Assembly: GCA_964016885.1 (NCBI GenBank)
Contig: OZ024742.1
Location: forward strand, 211,048,001 to 211,112,000
Source: Eledone cirrhosa
Lineage: Eukaryota
DNA: 64,000 bases
Direction: 5' to 3'
Of this stretch, positions 1 to 13,650 are shown one piece after another; the first letter of the stretch is position 1; each line of letters opens with the position of its first letter. The position numbers and the translations under genes were made by a program. The notes under the pieces are model-generated. The model saw only the letters and a program-made list of their open reading frames with translations. It was not told the DNA's origin and made no database searches.

Positions 1-649
1 ATGACCAGCGTGTTCCTCAAAAATAGGAAATACTAGCTTAGCTCCCTTCCACTGTCACATGACATTGATAGTGGTGTGGACTACTGTAACGGCCATTCCA
101 CATCGTATAGAGTGAGCTAGTGTTTGACCTGTTCCAAGGAGGCTAACTCCCCGCCAATGAAGTTACTCTTAGTCAATTAAATAAAGTTTAATAGCATTAC
201 CTAATTTCTGAACACGGCAGTCCAACATGGACTGCTGCCAACAGATGGGGTAACAGAAACTAGTGCATTAGTCCAGGAGCAGAGAATTAAATTCTCTACC
301 TACACAAAATCGTTTCTTTCAGTATTTAATTTGCTTCATGTAAGCAGAGGTTGAAGAAATCAAAATCGGTATTCAAGCATCTCTTATTAGATGAAAATAT
401 TCCACCTTTCATCTGTGCATAAATAACACTTCCTTCATCCATTTATGTAGGGTCTCATTCTTTCTTGGCTCATCCATTTAATGAAGAAACTGTGTCAGTA
501 TCTCTGAGATTCCACACATGGCTTGGAAACTTCATGGTTTCAGAAACCTATCATGACCCACAGATTCTTCATGTGTAAGTTTGGCAACCCGCTTTAACCT
601 GCTCTATATATCCAAGTACCCCACTCAACAAGAACATTAACTGCCCACA

Positions 650-1010
650 ATGAACCTCCAATAAATTGATTATTCCCTGAAAAATATTCTACATCCCCAA
701 ACTGGACTTATTTGAAGCTCCTTCAACAAAAAGTCGAAGACATGGTCAAACATTTGAGATGGCAGGCACTGGCTTTCGATGGGAAACTAACAAGGACAAC
801 CACTATTTTCAATCTAAAGTTGAGAAGCTACCTACGCTTGCACCTTTTGAGACAGATCTTCTTGACCTAGTCGCAAACATTTCCTTCGGCAGATATCTTA
901 ACCCTTTTCAGAACAAACTAAGTAGAAACTTTAAAAACTTCAGATCCTCTAATAAATTGTTCAACTTATCAGATAAAACTAACAATCTATATGAACTTGA
1001 CCAATCTAGA
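650..1010 (+). mobile_element. Penelope-like element N-terminal remnant (frameshifted)
   Basis: Frames give DYSLKNI..., LKLLQQKVEDMVKHLRWQAL and LAPFETDLLDLV...FQNKL...SDKTNNLYEL, which resemble the YSLKNIP/RMRWKA/ADKT motifs upstream of PLE RT. Confidence 0.6.
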
Positions 1011-1149
1011 GCCAACAGTGGGGCCAGCTATTGAAGTTCACAGCTGTATGGCTGAAAGTTTGACTAAGGAAAAGCAGTCAGACCGTCAGTAACATAGTTT
1101 TCATAGCCAAATCTGTCAAAGTTTAGAAAAAACATCCCATATGAAGAAG

Positions 1150-1310
1150 CATATTCTAGCATTAAGAAGTCTTAAAATAAAGCAATCTAGCAACAAAGAA
1201 GATAGGACCATAGTGACATCTGAGAAGTGGCCATGTTGAGTATACAGAAAAGGGGCAGGTAAAAATTTCATACATTGTACCCAGTATAAACTATAGGTGC
1301 ACAAAAGTTC
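1150..1310 (+). mobile_element. Degenerate RTE LINE fragment (PHD-like region)
   Basis: Translates SEKWPC*VYRKGAGKNFIHCTQYKL*VHK, homologous to GKWPCSVCRKGVGRNSILCPKCKQWVHK of the intact RTE at 53069-56188. Confidence 0.55.
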
Positions 1311-1619
1311 TCAGTAGAGCTGTACTGATAGAGAACGGGTTGCAGGTGACAGATAGTGATATGGGCCACCAGATATGATGGTTAGTTGTGATATAAACAG
1401 GCTCTTGCTGGCCAAATAAGCAACCCTGAACCAACAATGGCAAACTACTAGCGGAGACGGAGCAATGGGTGACACTGTTAGCTCCCAAGAAAACTCTCAC
1501 AACCCAGTGATGTAATTATGATGAGGCAAGAAAAGACGTCCTTAGAAAATAAGTTAAAAAAAGGATAGACCTATGAAGCAAAACTTATCAGATTATATAT
1601 ATATATAATATATAATATA

Positions 1620-1810
1620 GGGCGGTGGATTGGCAGTATCGGTAGAGGGTCGGACGTTATGCTTTGCAGCATAGTTACGTCCCTTTACGGATTGAGTTCA
1701 AATCCCACCGAGGTTGACTTTGCCTTTTATCCTTACAGGGTCGATAAAATAAAGTACCAGTAATGCACTGGGTAATTGCTGGCCTGGTGCCTAAAGTAGA
1801 AACAATTATA
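1620..1810 (+). mobile_element. tRNA-derived SINE family A (Meta-like central domain)
   Basis: A-box-like tggcagtatcggtag, B-box gagttcaaatccc and core TTGCCTTT(T/C)ATCCTTAC(A/G)GGGTCGATAAAATAAAGTACCAG. At least six more copies in the window; flanked by TA-rich sequence. Confidence 0.85.
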
Positions 1811-2605
1811 TATATAATATCTACACTGAAAATAATCAATAGCAACTGCCCAGACTATTAATATAGAATATCTGGTTAGGGAATTAGTTAAATATGTGAA
1901 ATAATCATGGATTTAGTGGAAATTCAGTGTGAGTGTTACAAAAATGTTGTCAATATATAAATATTTCCTTTGACATAAAAAGAAGATAAATAATATCAAA
2001 TAACTAGACTTACTGTAAACTTATATGAGGATTAGGCTTCATGATAATAGTTGATTCCAGGGGTTTGTATAAAGAGGGAATTATGTTGATTTTGTTCTGA
2101 TTTGCAATATGATCCACATAATCCAGAGGTAAGTTGCATGTCTTCAAAATAGCTTTCACAGTGGTTTGCAAGTCACGGGAATACAAAGAAATCTGAATTT
2201 GTTTGAAAACTGAAAAACAAAACTTTAATTTTGAATGAGATCAAGACAATAGGCCTCTAAATTTAATTTTTAATACTGCTTCATTGGCAGCTTGCAACAA
2301 AGTAAACTACCCATGCCCCCAACCCACAAAAAAAAAAGAAAAGAAAAATAAGGAAAAAATGTTATAAGGATATTCACTGTTTTACATTTTTCAGATGTGT
2401 GCATATAAATATGAAAAATATTTAAACAATATTAATGTCTGTTCATTTATACTTCTCTAAATAATTTATGCAGTGAGAATAATGACTCTGAAAAAGACTG
2501 GAGAAATCTAAGCAAAACATTGTAGATAAAATTAGTAAAAGATTCAAAACAGAGTAAATTGTCAACAAATATTTTTACAATATTAAGTATAACTGATTTG
2601 TAATT

Positions 2606-2940
2606 ATCATTGTCATCATAATCACCATTTAATGTCCATTTTCCATGCTAGCATGGGTTAGACGAGACGTCCTGTTGTAAGACAAGTCAGATCAGATGAT
2701 AGTGTCTTACTCACACAGAACTGTTTCTCTCTCAGTTCATTTATGTTTTGCCATTCATGTATATTACTATTACACATCCATCGAAGCAGGCAAGCTTCAT
2801 TTTTTTCCAATATTCACTGGTCCTCATATACACTGCTGTTCATATACATGCATCATACAATCTGCCCTTCATTTTGAGGGAAAAACATTTTATAGTTAGC
2901 AGCAGTAGTAGCTCCTTGAACTTTCTCCATCCCCTCTTCC
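2606..2940 (-). mobile_element. Degenerate RTE LINE 3' end
   Basis: (CAT)n-like tail, terminal palindrome ccatgctagcatgg and decayed [20 protein letters not shown] segment on the minus strand. Confidence 0.7.
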
Positions 2941-2964
2941 ACAATCAATATATATATATATATA

Positions 2965-4403
2965 CAATGGTAATAACTTGGTAGAAATATCCAAGGTATT
3001 GAACAACTCAATCCATAGGGCAAGTTTTAATATATTATTATTAAGGCCAGTTACCTGTGCCAGCACAAGTTGAAAAGTTGGTGCTCTAATCAACAAAAAG
3101 TACATTCTTGGAATGTTAATGAAATTAAGAGAAAGGCCACCAAAATCTGGAAACTTTTGACCTGTACTAGAATATCACCCAAAAGCAGATGTTGAATCGC
3201 TTCTATCTCCCTAGACAAAATGGAGGTAGAGGAATGATCCAGCTAGATCTTTAATACAGGATATCGACCATTGGGCTCAATCAGTACCTTAAAACCACAG
3301 AAGACTGGATAATGAAAATGGTTGCAGAACATGAAAGAAAGAAGATGTTACATTCAGTTAAAAAAGGAAAGTAGGAAGTTTGTGGAAGAACTGGGAATAC
3401 TGTTTCAAAATGATGGTGATTCTGCAATTAAAGTCACAAAAAATATCAAAGTGTTGGCAAAACATGAAGGCCAACAGAGACTGTGCACAAAATGGGAGCA
3501 AAAACCACTGCATGGACAGTGTGTTCTCCATAGCAAAGAACCTGATGTGATCGAACTCTCACCCATCAATGGCTGCAGAGTTCCAGGCTAAAAGCAGAGA
3601 GTGGGGGCTTCATTTTAGCTGCACAAGGCCAGTGTTTTCCAATACGCAACTTTCCAGCCAATGTAATCAGAAATGGAATTAACCAAAAGTGTTGATTCTG
3701 TGATGACCATGTTGAGATCATTGACCACCTGGTTTCAGGTTCCCCAGGAATATAAAACAAAGCATGATAGAGTGAGGTAATATTTACACTGAGTAATGTG
3801 AAGGGATTATGGCCTGAAAATGGAGACAAAATGGTACAACCATCACTCAGATGCAGTACCATGAGGCGAGAACATAACAATCCTTTGGGATTTCCCTGTG
3901 AAAACTGACAGAACAATCAAGACCAACAGACCTGATATAATTGTGACGGACCATAAAGAGAAAGTTTCTTAATTGACACAAGCATTCCATCAGATCGTAA
4001 TATATCCTCGAAAGAGTTCAGAATTATCAATAAGTATAAGGATCTATCAATTAAAATTGAGAAAATGTGGCATCTTAAGGCCCGTACAATACCAGTGATA
4101 GCTGGCGCACTTTGAATAATAAAAAGGGTATTGAAAAATATTTGGACCGGTTACCTGGAAAGCCATCTCTGCAAGAGATACAGAAAATAGTGCTGACTTG
4201 CACTATCCATGTTCCAAGGAGAGTATTATCAATTTAAAAACCTTGCAAAATTATTTACTGATGTTTGTGCCCTTGTGATATCATCTGTATGAGAATTGAT
4301 TTTAAAATGTGTGTACTATCAAACTTTGCTTCAGGTGTCCGGTTGACACTCGGTATGGTTAGGAAAGAAACAGAATTCAAAGTACGTCTTAAATAATAAT
4401 AAT
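2965..4403 (+). mobile_element. R4/Dong-clade non-LTR retrotransposon, 5'-truncated, degenerate
   Basis: GGRGMIQL, KWEQKPLHGQ, NRPDIIV (RLE endonuclease) and KYKDL..IEKMW motifs. Paralogous to the element at 4625-7037; ends in (TAA)n at ~4391-4403. Confidence 0.8.
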
Positions 4404-4590
4404 TGTTTCTACTTTAGGCACAAGGCCAGCAATTACCCAGTGCATTACTGGTACTTTATTTTATCGACCCCATAAGGATGAAAGGCAAAGTCAACCTCGG
4501 TGGGATTTGAACTCAGATCGTAAAGGGACGTAACTATGCTGGAAAGCATGGCGTCAAACCCTCTACCGATACTGCCAATCCACCGCCCTT
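4402..4590 (-). mobile_element. SINE family A, full length
   Basis: Reverse complement of 1620-1810; sits in a (TAA)n tract. Confidence 0.85.
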
Positions 4591-4624
4591 GATAATAATA
4601 ATAATGATGATACAGTTGACTTTG

Positions 4625-7037
4625 AGGAACAAACATGGGAAAATATAACAGTTGAACATCTGCGTTTAGCTCTTAGAAAATCCAGGAAAAGACAAAATAC
4701 CAAAGTTTTGGATAAATGCCTTCACAGAGTCTCATGTGTTGTTAGCCCAACTTTACAATGAAATGGTTAAGGAGCCAGAGAAGATACCATCATGGCTAGT
4801 TAACGGCACTACATTCCTACTTCCGAAGAATGATGAAGCAAACAATCCCAGAAATTACAGATCGATAACTTGCTTGACCACAATGTACAAAATTTTAACA
4901 TCAGTCCTAACTCAATATACATATGATCACAAATGATATATTTCCCAATGAACAAAAAGGGTGTAAACGAAGCTCATATGGCTGTAAGGATCAGTTAACA
5001 AAATGATACTGGAAGATTGTCATAATAGACACAAAAATCTATCAATTGCTTGGATAGATTACAAAAAAGCATTCGATAGTTTGCCACACAGTTGGATTGG
5101 AAAATGTTTAGAGATTTTCAAAATATCTCCCGTTGTCAGGAGGTTCCTGTCATTCAGTATGAAAACATGGAAAACAACACTCCTTTTGAATAGTGAAAAA
5201 AAATCACTGGAAGCTGGAGAAGTTAATATTAATTGTGGAATTTTTCAGGGTGACTCTGCATCACACTTATACCATTAAGTAAAATGCTCAATGAAACAAA
5301 ACATGGATATAAAGTCTTTGACAAAACCATTAATCACTTGTTCTACATGGATGACCTGAAACTATTTGCAAAAATATGATGAACAATTGCAACTGTGAAG
5401 CAGTTCAGTGATGACATTAAAATGGAGTTTGGACTAGATAAATGCGCCAAAGCAACGTTCACCAGAGGAAAGCTGCTGAAAAGTTCAGACATTAATCTTG
5501 ATCGGGGGAATGTGATAAGAGAACTTGATCAAGAGGAAACTTACAAATATCTAGGTGTTTGTGAAGGAGGCGGAATCAAGCACTCGACAATGAGGGAAAG
5601 GATAAGGAAGGAATGTTACCGCAGAGTAAGAGCAATCTTAAGAACGGAATTGAATGCAAGGAATAGGATCGATGCCATAAACACGCTTGCCATACCAGTA
5701 GTAACCTACAGTTACAATGTCATCAACTGGTCAAGCACAGAGATCTGTAGTCTCGATACAAAAATTAAAAAATTCTTAACCATGCACAGAATGCATCACC
5801 CTAAGGCAGATACAGATAGAATATATCTCCCTAGGAAAGAAGGAGGACGTGGGTTAATCCAGTTAGATATTGCATTGAAAACTGCAACAATTGGATTATC
5901 TACATATCTAAGGGAGGCACATGATTGGATGATCAAACTCGTTTTGAAACATGAAAGCATCAAAAGATCATACTCCATTACAAAAGATGCACAAAGATAC
6001 AGTAATGGACTATAAATTTCAGAAGTTCCATTTACTGCTGAAATGAAAAACACAGAAAAAGCAAAGTAGGTAAAAGTAACTGCAAAGAAAGAACTGCTAC
6101 AGAAACTGGCTAAGAAATGGCAAGAAAAGCCTCTGTATGGAAAATACCCAGAAAGAGCTAACAATCCTGATGTTGACAAAACTTTAACCCATCAGTGGTT
6201 GGCATCCTCTGGACTGAAATCGGAGACAGAAGGACTGATTATATCAGCACAAGATCAGTGTCTGCCAACAAAAAACTATCAAGCCAACATAATAAAAAAT
6301 GAATGCAACCCATTATGCCGTGTATGTAAAAAACAACCAGAGACCTTTGATCATATAATTTCAATGTGCAGTCCTATAGCTCCAACCGAATACCTAAACA
6401 GGCATGACAGAGCTGTACAATACATACATTGGATAATGTGTAAACATTTTGACCAGCCCCATCAAAAGAATTGGTGGGAGCATCAACCACCTCCCGTACT
6501 TAAAAAAAGATCACATCTCAATCTTGTGGAACTTTAGCATCCAAACAGACCGAAAAATAGATGCAAATAGACCTGATATAATACTGAAGGACTTTAAAAA
6601 GAGGGTATGCCTGCTAATTGATATGCCCGTTCCTATAGACAAGAATGTATCTATAAAAACATTTGAAAAATTGAGCAAGTATAAGGACCTGGAGATAGAG
6701 ATTGGAAAAATATGGAAATTGAGAACTAAAACAATACCAGTGATTGTAGGTGCTCTAGGAATGATACCTAAGGGGTCTAATGATTACTTATTGCAAATCC
6801 CCGGAAACCCGCGTATAGGAGAAATACAAAAGATAGTACTAATGGGAACTGCCCATATACTAAGGAAGATTCTGTCAATATAAATACATCACAAGTCTAA
6901 ACACCTAAAGATGCATGTGTGAGTATGTATGTTCTTTCTTGAACATGGCGGACCTTGTTGTCTCTTGAGGTCACTGGTTTTGACTTGGTGATAACTCGTA
7001 TGAACATAAAGCAAGATAAATGAAATAATAATAATAA
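4625..7037 (+). mobile_element. R4/Dong-clade non-LTR retrotransposon (RT + CCHC + RLE endonuclease), frameshifted
   Basis: ORF pieces 4736-6883: NYRSITCL, AWIDYKKAFDS, GIFQGD, HLFYMDDLKL, YKYLG, CRVC..ETFDHIISMC, RHD, NRPDIIL, EKLSKYKDLEIE. 3' UTR ends in (TAA)n. Confidence 0.9.
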
Positions 7038-10000
7038 TGCTTTCTTTATTAACCACAAGGGTTGACACAAAGTATAACATTAAGGACAATACAGGACAGT
7101 ACAAATGGGCATTTCTGTGTGTAAAAAAAACAAAAAAACAGGATGTAACAAAAAAAAAAGAAACAAGGAAAAATTCCCCAATAGGGGGTAGACTTCCGAG
7201 GGTCACTCATAGAGAAAGCCCACAAAAAAGCCACAGTTACCCTGACCGTTAGGGCAAGCGCCCTCTTCCAGTTTTCCTCCTACAATGCTACAGACACATG
7301 CACAGGGTAGGCCCATTCACATGAGCCATTCTTGCCTCTCTCACCCACCTTTCAACAAACTGGCACTTCCCTCTCCACCCTGATTTTCCTTTTCAAGTGA
7401 AACCTGAAAAAGTTAATGAGGGCGTCACTGAAGAGGAAAGTACCCGTCTTCAACCCTTTCAGATGCATCCCCCATATCACCTCTTTTACCATAGCCACCA
7501 GGCAGATAAAAACTGCCTGCTCTTCCCGGCTGAAGGAAGTCAGCGGGCCAATCCTCACGACGGACTCAGCTGATAGCCAGATCCATCATACACGTGACAG
7601 CAGGTGTTCGACATAAACCCACAAGTCAACAATGCTCGGACACTGGACGAGTGTGTGCAGGATGGTTTCGTCGCGCGCATTTTGGACAGGCCTGGCTGAT
7701 GGCACTTCATTGCCTGTAGAGTTTATCCCAAACTGGCAAAGCTCCTCAGTAGCGCTACCAGGCCAGGGATTTCTGGAAGTTGTCCATGGGTCCTGGCTCG
7801 AAAATTCTCCCAAAGAGATTGGCTAGTTGATTTTTCTCGATGCCCAGAGTCTCCCCAAGGATGTCATCATTCTTTCTCTCCACTAAACCTCTATAGAACG
7901 TCAAGGTAGAGTTTCTACCAATCGCATTGCCCAACTGATCGAGGGCTGTGAGCGCCTGAAGACATTCCAGTCTCCAAGCGCTCCCTCTCAGTGTTCGCTT
8001 GACCCAGGACTGCAGCTCCGCCAAGGAGGAGACGAACTGGGGAAACACATGTCTAGCAAACGGCGACCACACCTGTTTACTGTTGAGGAAGAGGTGGAGA
8101 TGCCGTAGCCTGAGCACGTCTGCACATCATTAGCCACGGCATGCCAGCTTCCACATAGCAGGTGTTGACAGCAGACGGACCGCCTGACCATCAGAACATG
8201 TCCCATCCACAAAAAGCGAAAGAGCAAACATTCCAACGCAATCAGACGAGGCTTAGGACCAGGCACGATGGTCAGGCGGTAGTAGATGACAGATGCGATG
8301 TATGTGTTCGCCACCTCCACTCGACCTTTCAGGGATAGCTTCCTTTCGGCCCATTTCTGGGTGAGAGAGGCCACCCTACTCGTCACCTCATCCCAGTTTT
8401 TGTTCGTCTGGAGGTCCAGACTGAACCAGACCCCTAGCAATTTAACCGGTCCATCCGTCCAGTACCAGATGACACTGTTGGACGGCATGGACCTGCCTCT
8501 CCAGGTGCCGAGCTGCAGGTCCACCAACTTTTCCTGGTTGATCATTGCTCCTGTCACCGCCTCGTATTCTCTTAGTGTAGTGCCGATCGCCTCGATGTGT
8601 TTGGCGTTTGACACCACTGCGGTGATGTCGTCTGCATATGCTGACACGGTTCTTCTGCATCCCAGTTCGCGCGCCAACCTCTTTACTAGAACCTTGGCCA
8701 AAATCTTGAACTCTGTGTTTAGCAGAGTTATGGGCCTGAAATTATCTATGTTATCTCCTCGGCTCACAGAGCTGGGAATTCTCCCGTTCTGCTGCCAGTT
8801 GCAGTAGACGTCCGCCAAGAGGTCTCAAAACAAGTCTGGCATGTGTACGTAAAGTTTGTAGGGCAGACCATCCAAAACAGGTGATTTACCCATTGTGCAG
8901 CCAGTCATTGCCTCCTGTACTTCAGTGGCTGTTATCGGCTTTTCACAACATTCCGCCTCAGTGGCCGAGAGCCACGGCAATCCATTGAGGTAGGCACTAA
9001 AGTCCATCCCGCGATCCAACCCACCGCTGAGCGAAGTGTCGCTGAAAAGCTGCACACATTCGCTCAGGATCGAGTAACATGCGCCCTTCATGGTTCGCAA
9101 AAGACCGCATCGTGGCTTTGTTGTCATGACGTGCCTCCGCCACTCGGGCTCATCAAACAGCTTTGAAGAATTGGTCAAGGGCCAATTTCGCTGCAAGCAC
9201 GTCGGTCGAGATGCCTTTGCTAAACGCCTCGTTTAATTTGCTAACTAGTTCTCCCTCTGCTCTATTTTTCTCTATTGCTAACACCTTACTAAACCTAATG
9301 GATTCTATTCAGGGCAAACCACCATTTGTTGTTGATGACGGCCCCCGTCAATGCCCGCTTAACTAGTTCGCCAATCCGGTCATTGTAGGCTTTGCACGCT
9401 GTTAACGACATGTTTAGCTTTCAGTAGCCAGGTCCCTGTCAATGAAGCCTATCTAAGTCAACTACACAGGTCACAAATTTGTGGTCTATGTAATTGACTA
9501 TCCTGAATTGTGGGCAGCCTATGCTAGAACATACCCTATTTAGATATGATCTGGATGACCCGATGCGGTTTGTCCATGTCCACATTGGCACATTCGGGAA
9601 ATCCAGACGGTACCTGTCAGATAGTTGAAAACGTTTGAGTAGGCTTGTGAGACTTTTACACCCTCCTCCTCTATCTGCAATTTTGGTGGTCTGTACGTAA
9701 TTTGTTTCTTAGGGAGTTCTTCCTTTTTTTTTTTGCTGGGATGATTTTCCATCCCTCGGCGTCATCACACTCCTTGTCCAATTTAGCAATATCGAGAAGG
9801 GGAATGCTCTCCATTGGTCTTGTTGGTGGTGGAGGAGATGGTGTTTTTGCTGTTGGTGCTGGTAATTTTCCTTCTGCCACTGTGGCCTTGGTTTGTTTGT
9901 CCACTCCAGTCACGGGGCACGGCGTAGGGAGAAGGGGGAGCGTGTGCCCGTCTTGGTGAGTTTGAGGCAGAAGGCCTTAAGGTGCATCTTGTCACCTTGG

Positions 10001-10620
10001 GCCCCTACCTTCGACAGTTATGGGTAGATGGCTGCCGTCGTCCAGGTCGATCACATCGGGGATGGCCTCTATGCTCCCGTGGTCTGCTCGGATGATTAGC
10101 TCCATCTCCGAGCCTGTCCAGTTTTCCTGTTTTATCCACATGATGTCAAGGATAGTTGTTGGCTTCTTCGGGTGTAGCGAAGAGCACATCCACAATGTCA
10201 TACTTCGATCCTCAGGCTATGTATGTTTTCTGTGCCCAGATAGCACCCATAGCCCTTTGGACCTGTGACTCGGCCTGGTGCGATTTTAGTCCAATTGTAT
10301 GGTAATTGACAGAACACAAAAGCTTGTTTTTCATTATATTAGGTGGGCAGGTGAGACTTACTCTGTGTCCAGTCTTTTTTACCAAGATCTTGACCTGCCT
10401 CATCGCCGTGTCATTAACATGTACACATTCAACACTTTTTGCAGCTTTTGCAAATGATGTTGCTTCTGTTTGCTGTGTTGTTTCATCGTTAGTCTTGCTT
10501 TTGTTGTTGGTGGTCTTAGTTTTTTCTTCTGTGTTGCTGCTGTTACAGTTGTTTTCTTTGGGTTCTTTGTGGCTGTTGCTGTTGTTATTAAGATGGTGGT
10601 GGTGCTGGTGTTTGTTGAAT
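7038..10620 (-). mobile_element. Tx1/L1-clade LINE, internally deleted and frameshifted (ORF1 remnants ~9670-10450, ORF2 remnants ~7330-9660)
   Basis: NFRPITLLNTEFKILAKVL, SAYADDIT, VKLLGVWF, LSLKGRVEVANTYIASVIYY and ETILHTLVQC (C-terminal Zn knuckle). 3' end AATAAAGAAAGC abuts (ATT)n; central RT subdomains are deleted. Confidence 0.85.
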
Positions 10621-10639
10621 TTTCATTATAATCTGACGT

Positions 10640-10782
10640 ATAGAGTTACGGCCCTTGCCATTCTGAGTTCAAATCCCGCCGAGGTTAACTTTGCCTTTCA
10701 TCCTTACGGGGTCGATAAAATAAAGTACCAGTAATACACTGGATAATTGCTGGCCTTGTGCCTAACGTAGAAACAATTATAA
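10640..10782 (+). mobile_element. SINE family A, 5'-truncated
   Basis: B-box, core and tail match 1620-1810. Confidence 0.8.
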
Positions 10783-10859
10783 TCTGGTGCTGGGCTGTTG
10801 CTGATAATTTTTAAGTCGTTGTTGTTGGTGGTGCTACTGCTGCCACTGTTCAAGTGGAG

Positions 10860-12090
10860 AAAGAGTCAAATTAGTCAAGATGCAGTTTGGTTTCATGCCT
10901 GGGAAAAGTACTACAGATGCCCTCTTTTTAGTGAGGCAACTACAAGAGAAATTCTTAGTCAAAAATAAGCCACTGTACCTAACTTTTGTTGATCTAGAAA
11001 CAGCATTTGACAGAGTACCCCAAACTATTATGTGGTGGTCCTTAAGGAAATTAGGCATAGAAGAAAGGTTGGTGAGAACAGTGCAAGCCATGTACAGAGG
11101 AGCTGTCAGCTAAGTGAGAGTGGGAAGTGAGTTTAGTGAGGAATTCATGGTACAAGAGGGTTTGGTTCTTAGATCACTACTATTTATTATAGTTCTCCAG
11201 GCTATAACAGAGGAGTTTATACCAGCTGCCCATGGGAACTTCTTTATGCAGGTCATTTGGTCCTTATAACTGTATCCATTAAAGAACTAGAAAATAAGTT
11301 CTACTATGAAAACATTTGGAATCAAAAGGTCTGAGAGTAAACTTAGCCAAAACTAAAGTGCTAGTAAATAAGAGAAGATATGACCTTGATTCCTTCAGGG
11401 AAGTGGCCCTGCTCAATAAATAGAAAGGGAGTAGGCATAAACCCCATTCTATGTACACAAAAGATGTAGTGTGATAATAAGTAGACTAATAGGAAGAGAA
11501 ATCTTTGTATGTAGAAGATGCACAAGGGTGACTGAGGGGAAGAGAGCCAGTGATGGAAACCTATTCCAATCACAGGAAGGACCCTTAGAAGCAGTTGATA
11601 GCTTCTGCTATCTAGGTGACGGAATTAGCATCAGAGGAGGTGTTCTGAGAACATAATAGCTAGAATAAGGATAGGATGGAAAAAGTTTAGAGAACTACTC
11701 CCACTGTTGACTACAAAAGGTTTCTCCCTACATACAAACGGATGTCTGTATGATACCTGTGTGCGAAGTACGATGATGCATGGTAAGGTGAAACATGGGC
11801 TGTGACTGCAGAGGACATGCATAGACTGGAGAGAAATGAAGCAGTCATGCTCCATTGTGAGAGAAAGGGACTACTTGGATGAGTTGAAGGAGAAGTCGGG
11901 TTTAAGAGGAATCCGAGGTGGTGTGCACAAGAGAAGACTGCGTTGGTTTGGACAATGATCATTGGGTGAAGAAGTACCAGGAAATGGGAATGGAAGGAAG
12001 TCATAATAGAAGTAGACCAAGAAAGACCTGCGCAGTGGTTGAGCTGACCTCAAATCTCTGATACGGATGTAAAAACGATGATGATAATGA
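10860..12090 (+). mobile_element. Degenerate RTE LINE (RT, PHD-like finger, thumb)
   Basis: MQFGFMPGKSTTDALFLVRQLQEK, FVDLETAFDRVP, VDSFCYLGD; ends aaaacgatgatgat. Confidence 0.85.
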
Positions 12091-12489
12091 TCTTTGCAAA
12101 AGATGATGTAGAGCACCTTGTAACAGTAGATATTTTCATGATGTACCTCCTTAAAACCATGTCTTTTATTTATTCCTATTATAAATTTCTATATTTTATT
12201 TTAATACAGTTCAATAGATGACAACAGGTGTACACTAGTATTAACACAATTTTAAATTCTTATGTTACTGTAATAAAAGAATTTAAATTTCTGTCAAAAT
12301 TAGTGTACCCATGTTGTCAAAGATGACAATTGCTTTAATAATTATAGAAAATGCTGTATTCATTCGAAACGTCGCCTGAAAGCATGGCAACACCACTGGT
12401 AGTATTTCTATGATCCTGCTACACCCTGATATGTAACAAGGAAGCAAAGGCATCTGATTGGTCTATACCCAATCTCTCTACCACCAGAC

Positions 12490-12870
12490 GTGGATTGGCA
12501 GTATCAGTAAAGCGTTGGATATCATGTTTCATGGCATAGAGTAATGGACCTTTCCATTCTGATTTCAAATCGTGCCAAGGTTAGCTTTGGCTTTCATCTG
12601 CACGGGGTTGATAAAATCAAGTACCAGTAATGCATTGGTGTCAATTTAATCGACTTTTCCCTTCCTTCAAATTGCTAGCCTTGTGCCTAAATCAAAAACC
12701 ATTATTATTCGGGCAGTGGATTAGCAGTATCGCTAGCACATTTGACAAAATTCTCTCCAGTATGTTCAAATCCTGCCATGGTCAACTTTGTCTTTCATCC
12801 TTCTGGGGTCATAAAAATAAAGTATCAGTCAAGTACTGGGTTGTGTGCCTAAATTAGAAATTATTATAAC
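12490..12870 (+). mobile_element. Two tandem diverged SINE family A copies
   Basis: Two successive gtggatt(g/a)gcagtatc heads, B-box-like ttcaaatc and core ggggt(t/c)..taaaat..agta(c/t)cag segments. Confidence 0.7.
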
Positions 12871-12879
12871 TATTATCAT

Positions 12880-13650
12880 TATCATCAATGGTGGTTAGGC
12901 AGGGATCGATTGGGACTGGTGGGTGATGCAGAAATAGTATGAGTGTTCCTTACAGTGTTTGAGGCAGGTGATTTCAGTAGCGATGACGTTGCCATTGGTA
13001 TCCTTCACCAGCTGTCTTGATCTGGGGGCCGGCACGGACTCTGTTGAATACATAGCTGAGGTTGTTATTCCTTGCCACTGTCTCCAGAGACTCGGTTTCT
13101 TTCACCCAAAACTTCTCCCAGTCGTCCATGATAGCCTTGTTGCATATCCAGTCGAGCCAGCGGTACTCATGTTGCCCTGCAAGCGAGCTTTGCAGTGACA
13201 GTTGATTATCTCCAGCGCTTGTGGTGAAATCGAGGGCCATTTGGAAAGAGGTCTTGAGTTTCCCAGACTTGTTAATGCTTGATTTAAAGATCTCCCAATT
13301 GTCGGTCTCATCCTCAGCCAGGACGCTGAAGTGATTGGTGATAGAGCATGCAAACAGAGAGGTGGTGTTGGCTCGCGGAGACAGGATGAGTCAAGGTGGG
13401 GCTGGTACTTGGTGTCAGGGTCCGCTTGCAACCAGTAGTTAATGATCCGTATTGCCGAGTTAAGCTCCTCTGTAGACCCATCAGTTTGTGACAAATGACC
13501 TCCAACGGTGGGAGATGATGATGTGGCCGATTGCCTTACGGGTGAAACCGCACACACTGTACCAGGGCCAGTGACTGATGTGTTTGTGGGGGAACCAGCT
13601 GTTGACAATACAGAGATTGTTGTAATAGCAGAGGATCACCATTGTCATTG
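12880..13650 (-). mobile_element. Older RTE-type LINE fragment (APE endonuclease end and linker)
   Basis: LCIVNSWFPHKHISHWPWYS..TRKAIGHIIISHRWRSFVTN resembles RTE APE motifs (NTWF, TWYS, IDHI). Confidence 0.6.

Noticed and set aside
1620-1715. tRNA gene calls for SINE heads
   Set aside because: A/B boxes are present but no complete cloverleaf; they are followed by SINE core and tail in multiple copies.
10306-10734. 142-aa hydrophobic ORF
   Set aside because: Antisense to the low-complexity Tx1 5' region and runs into a SINE.
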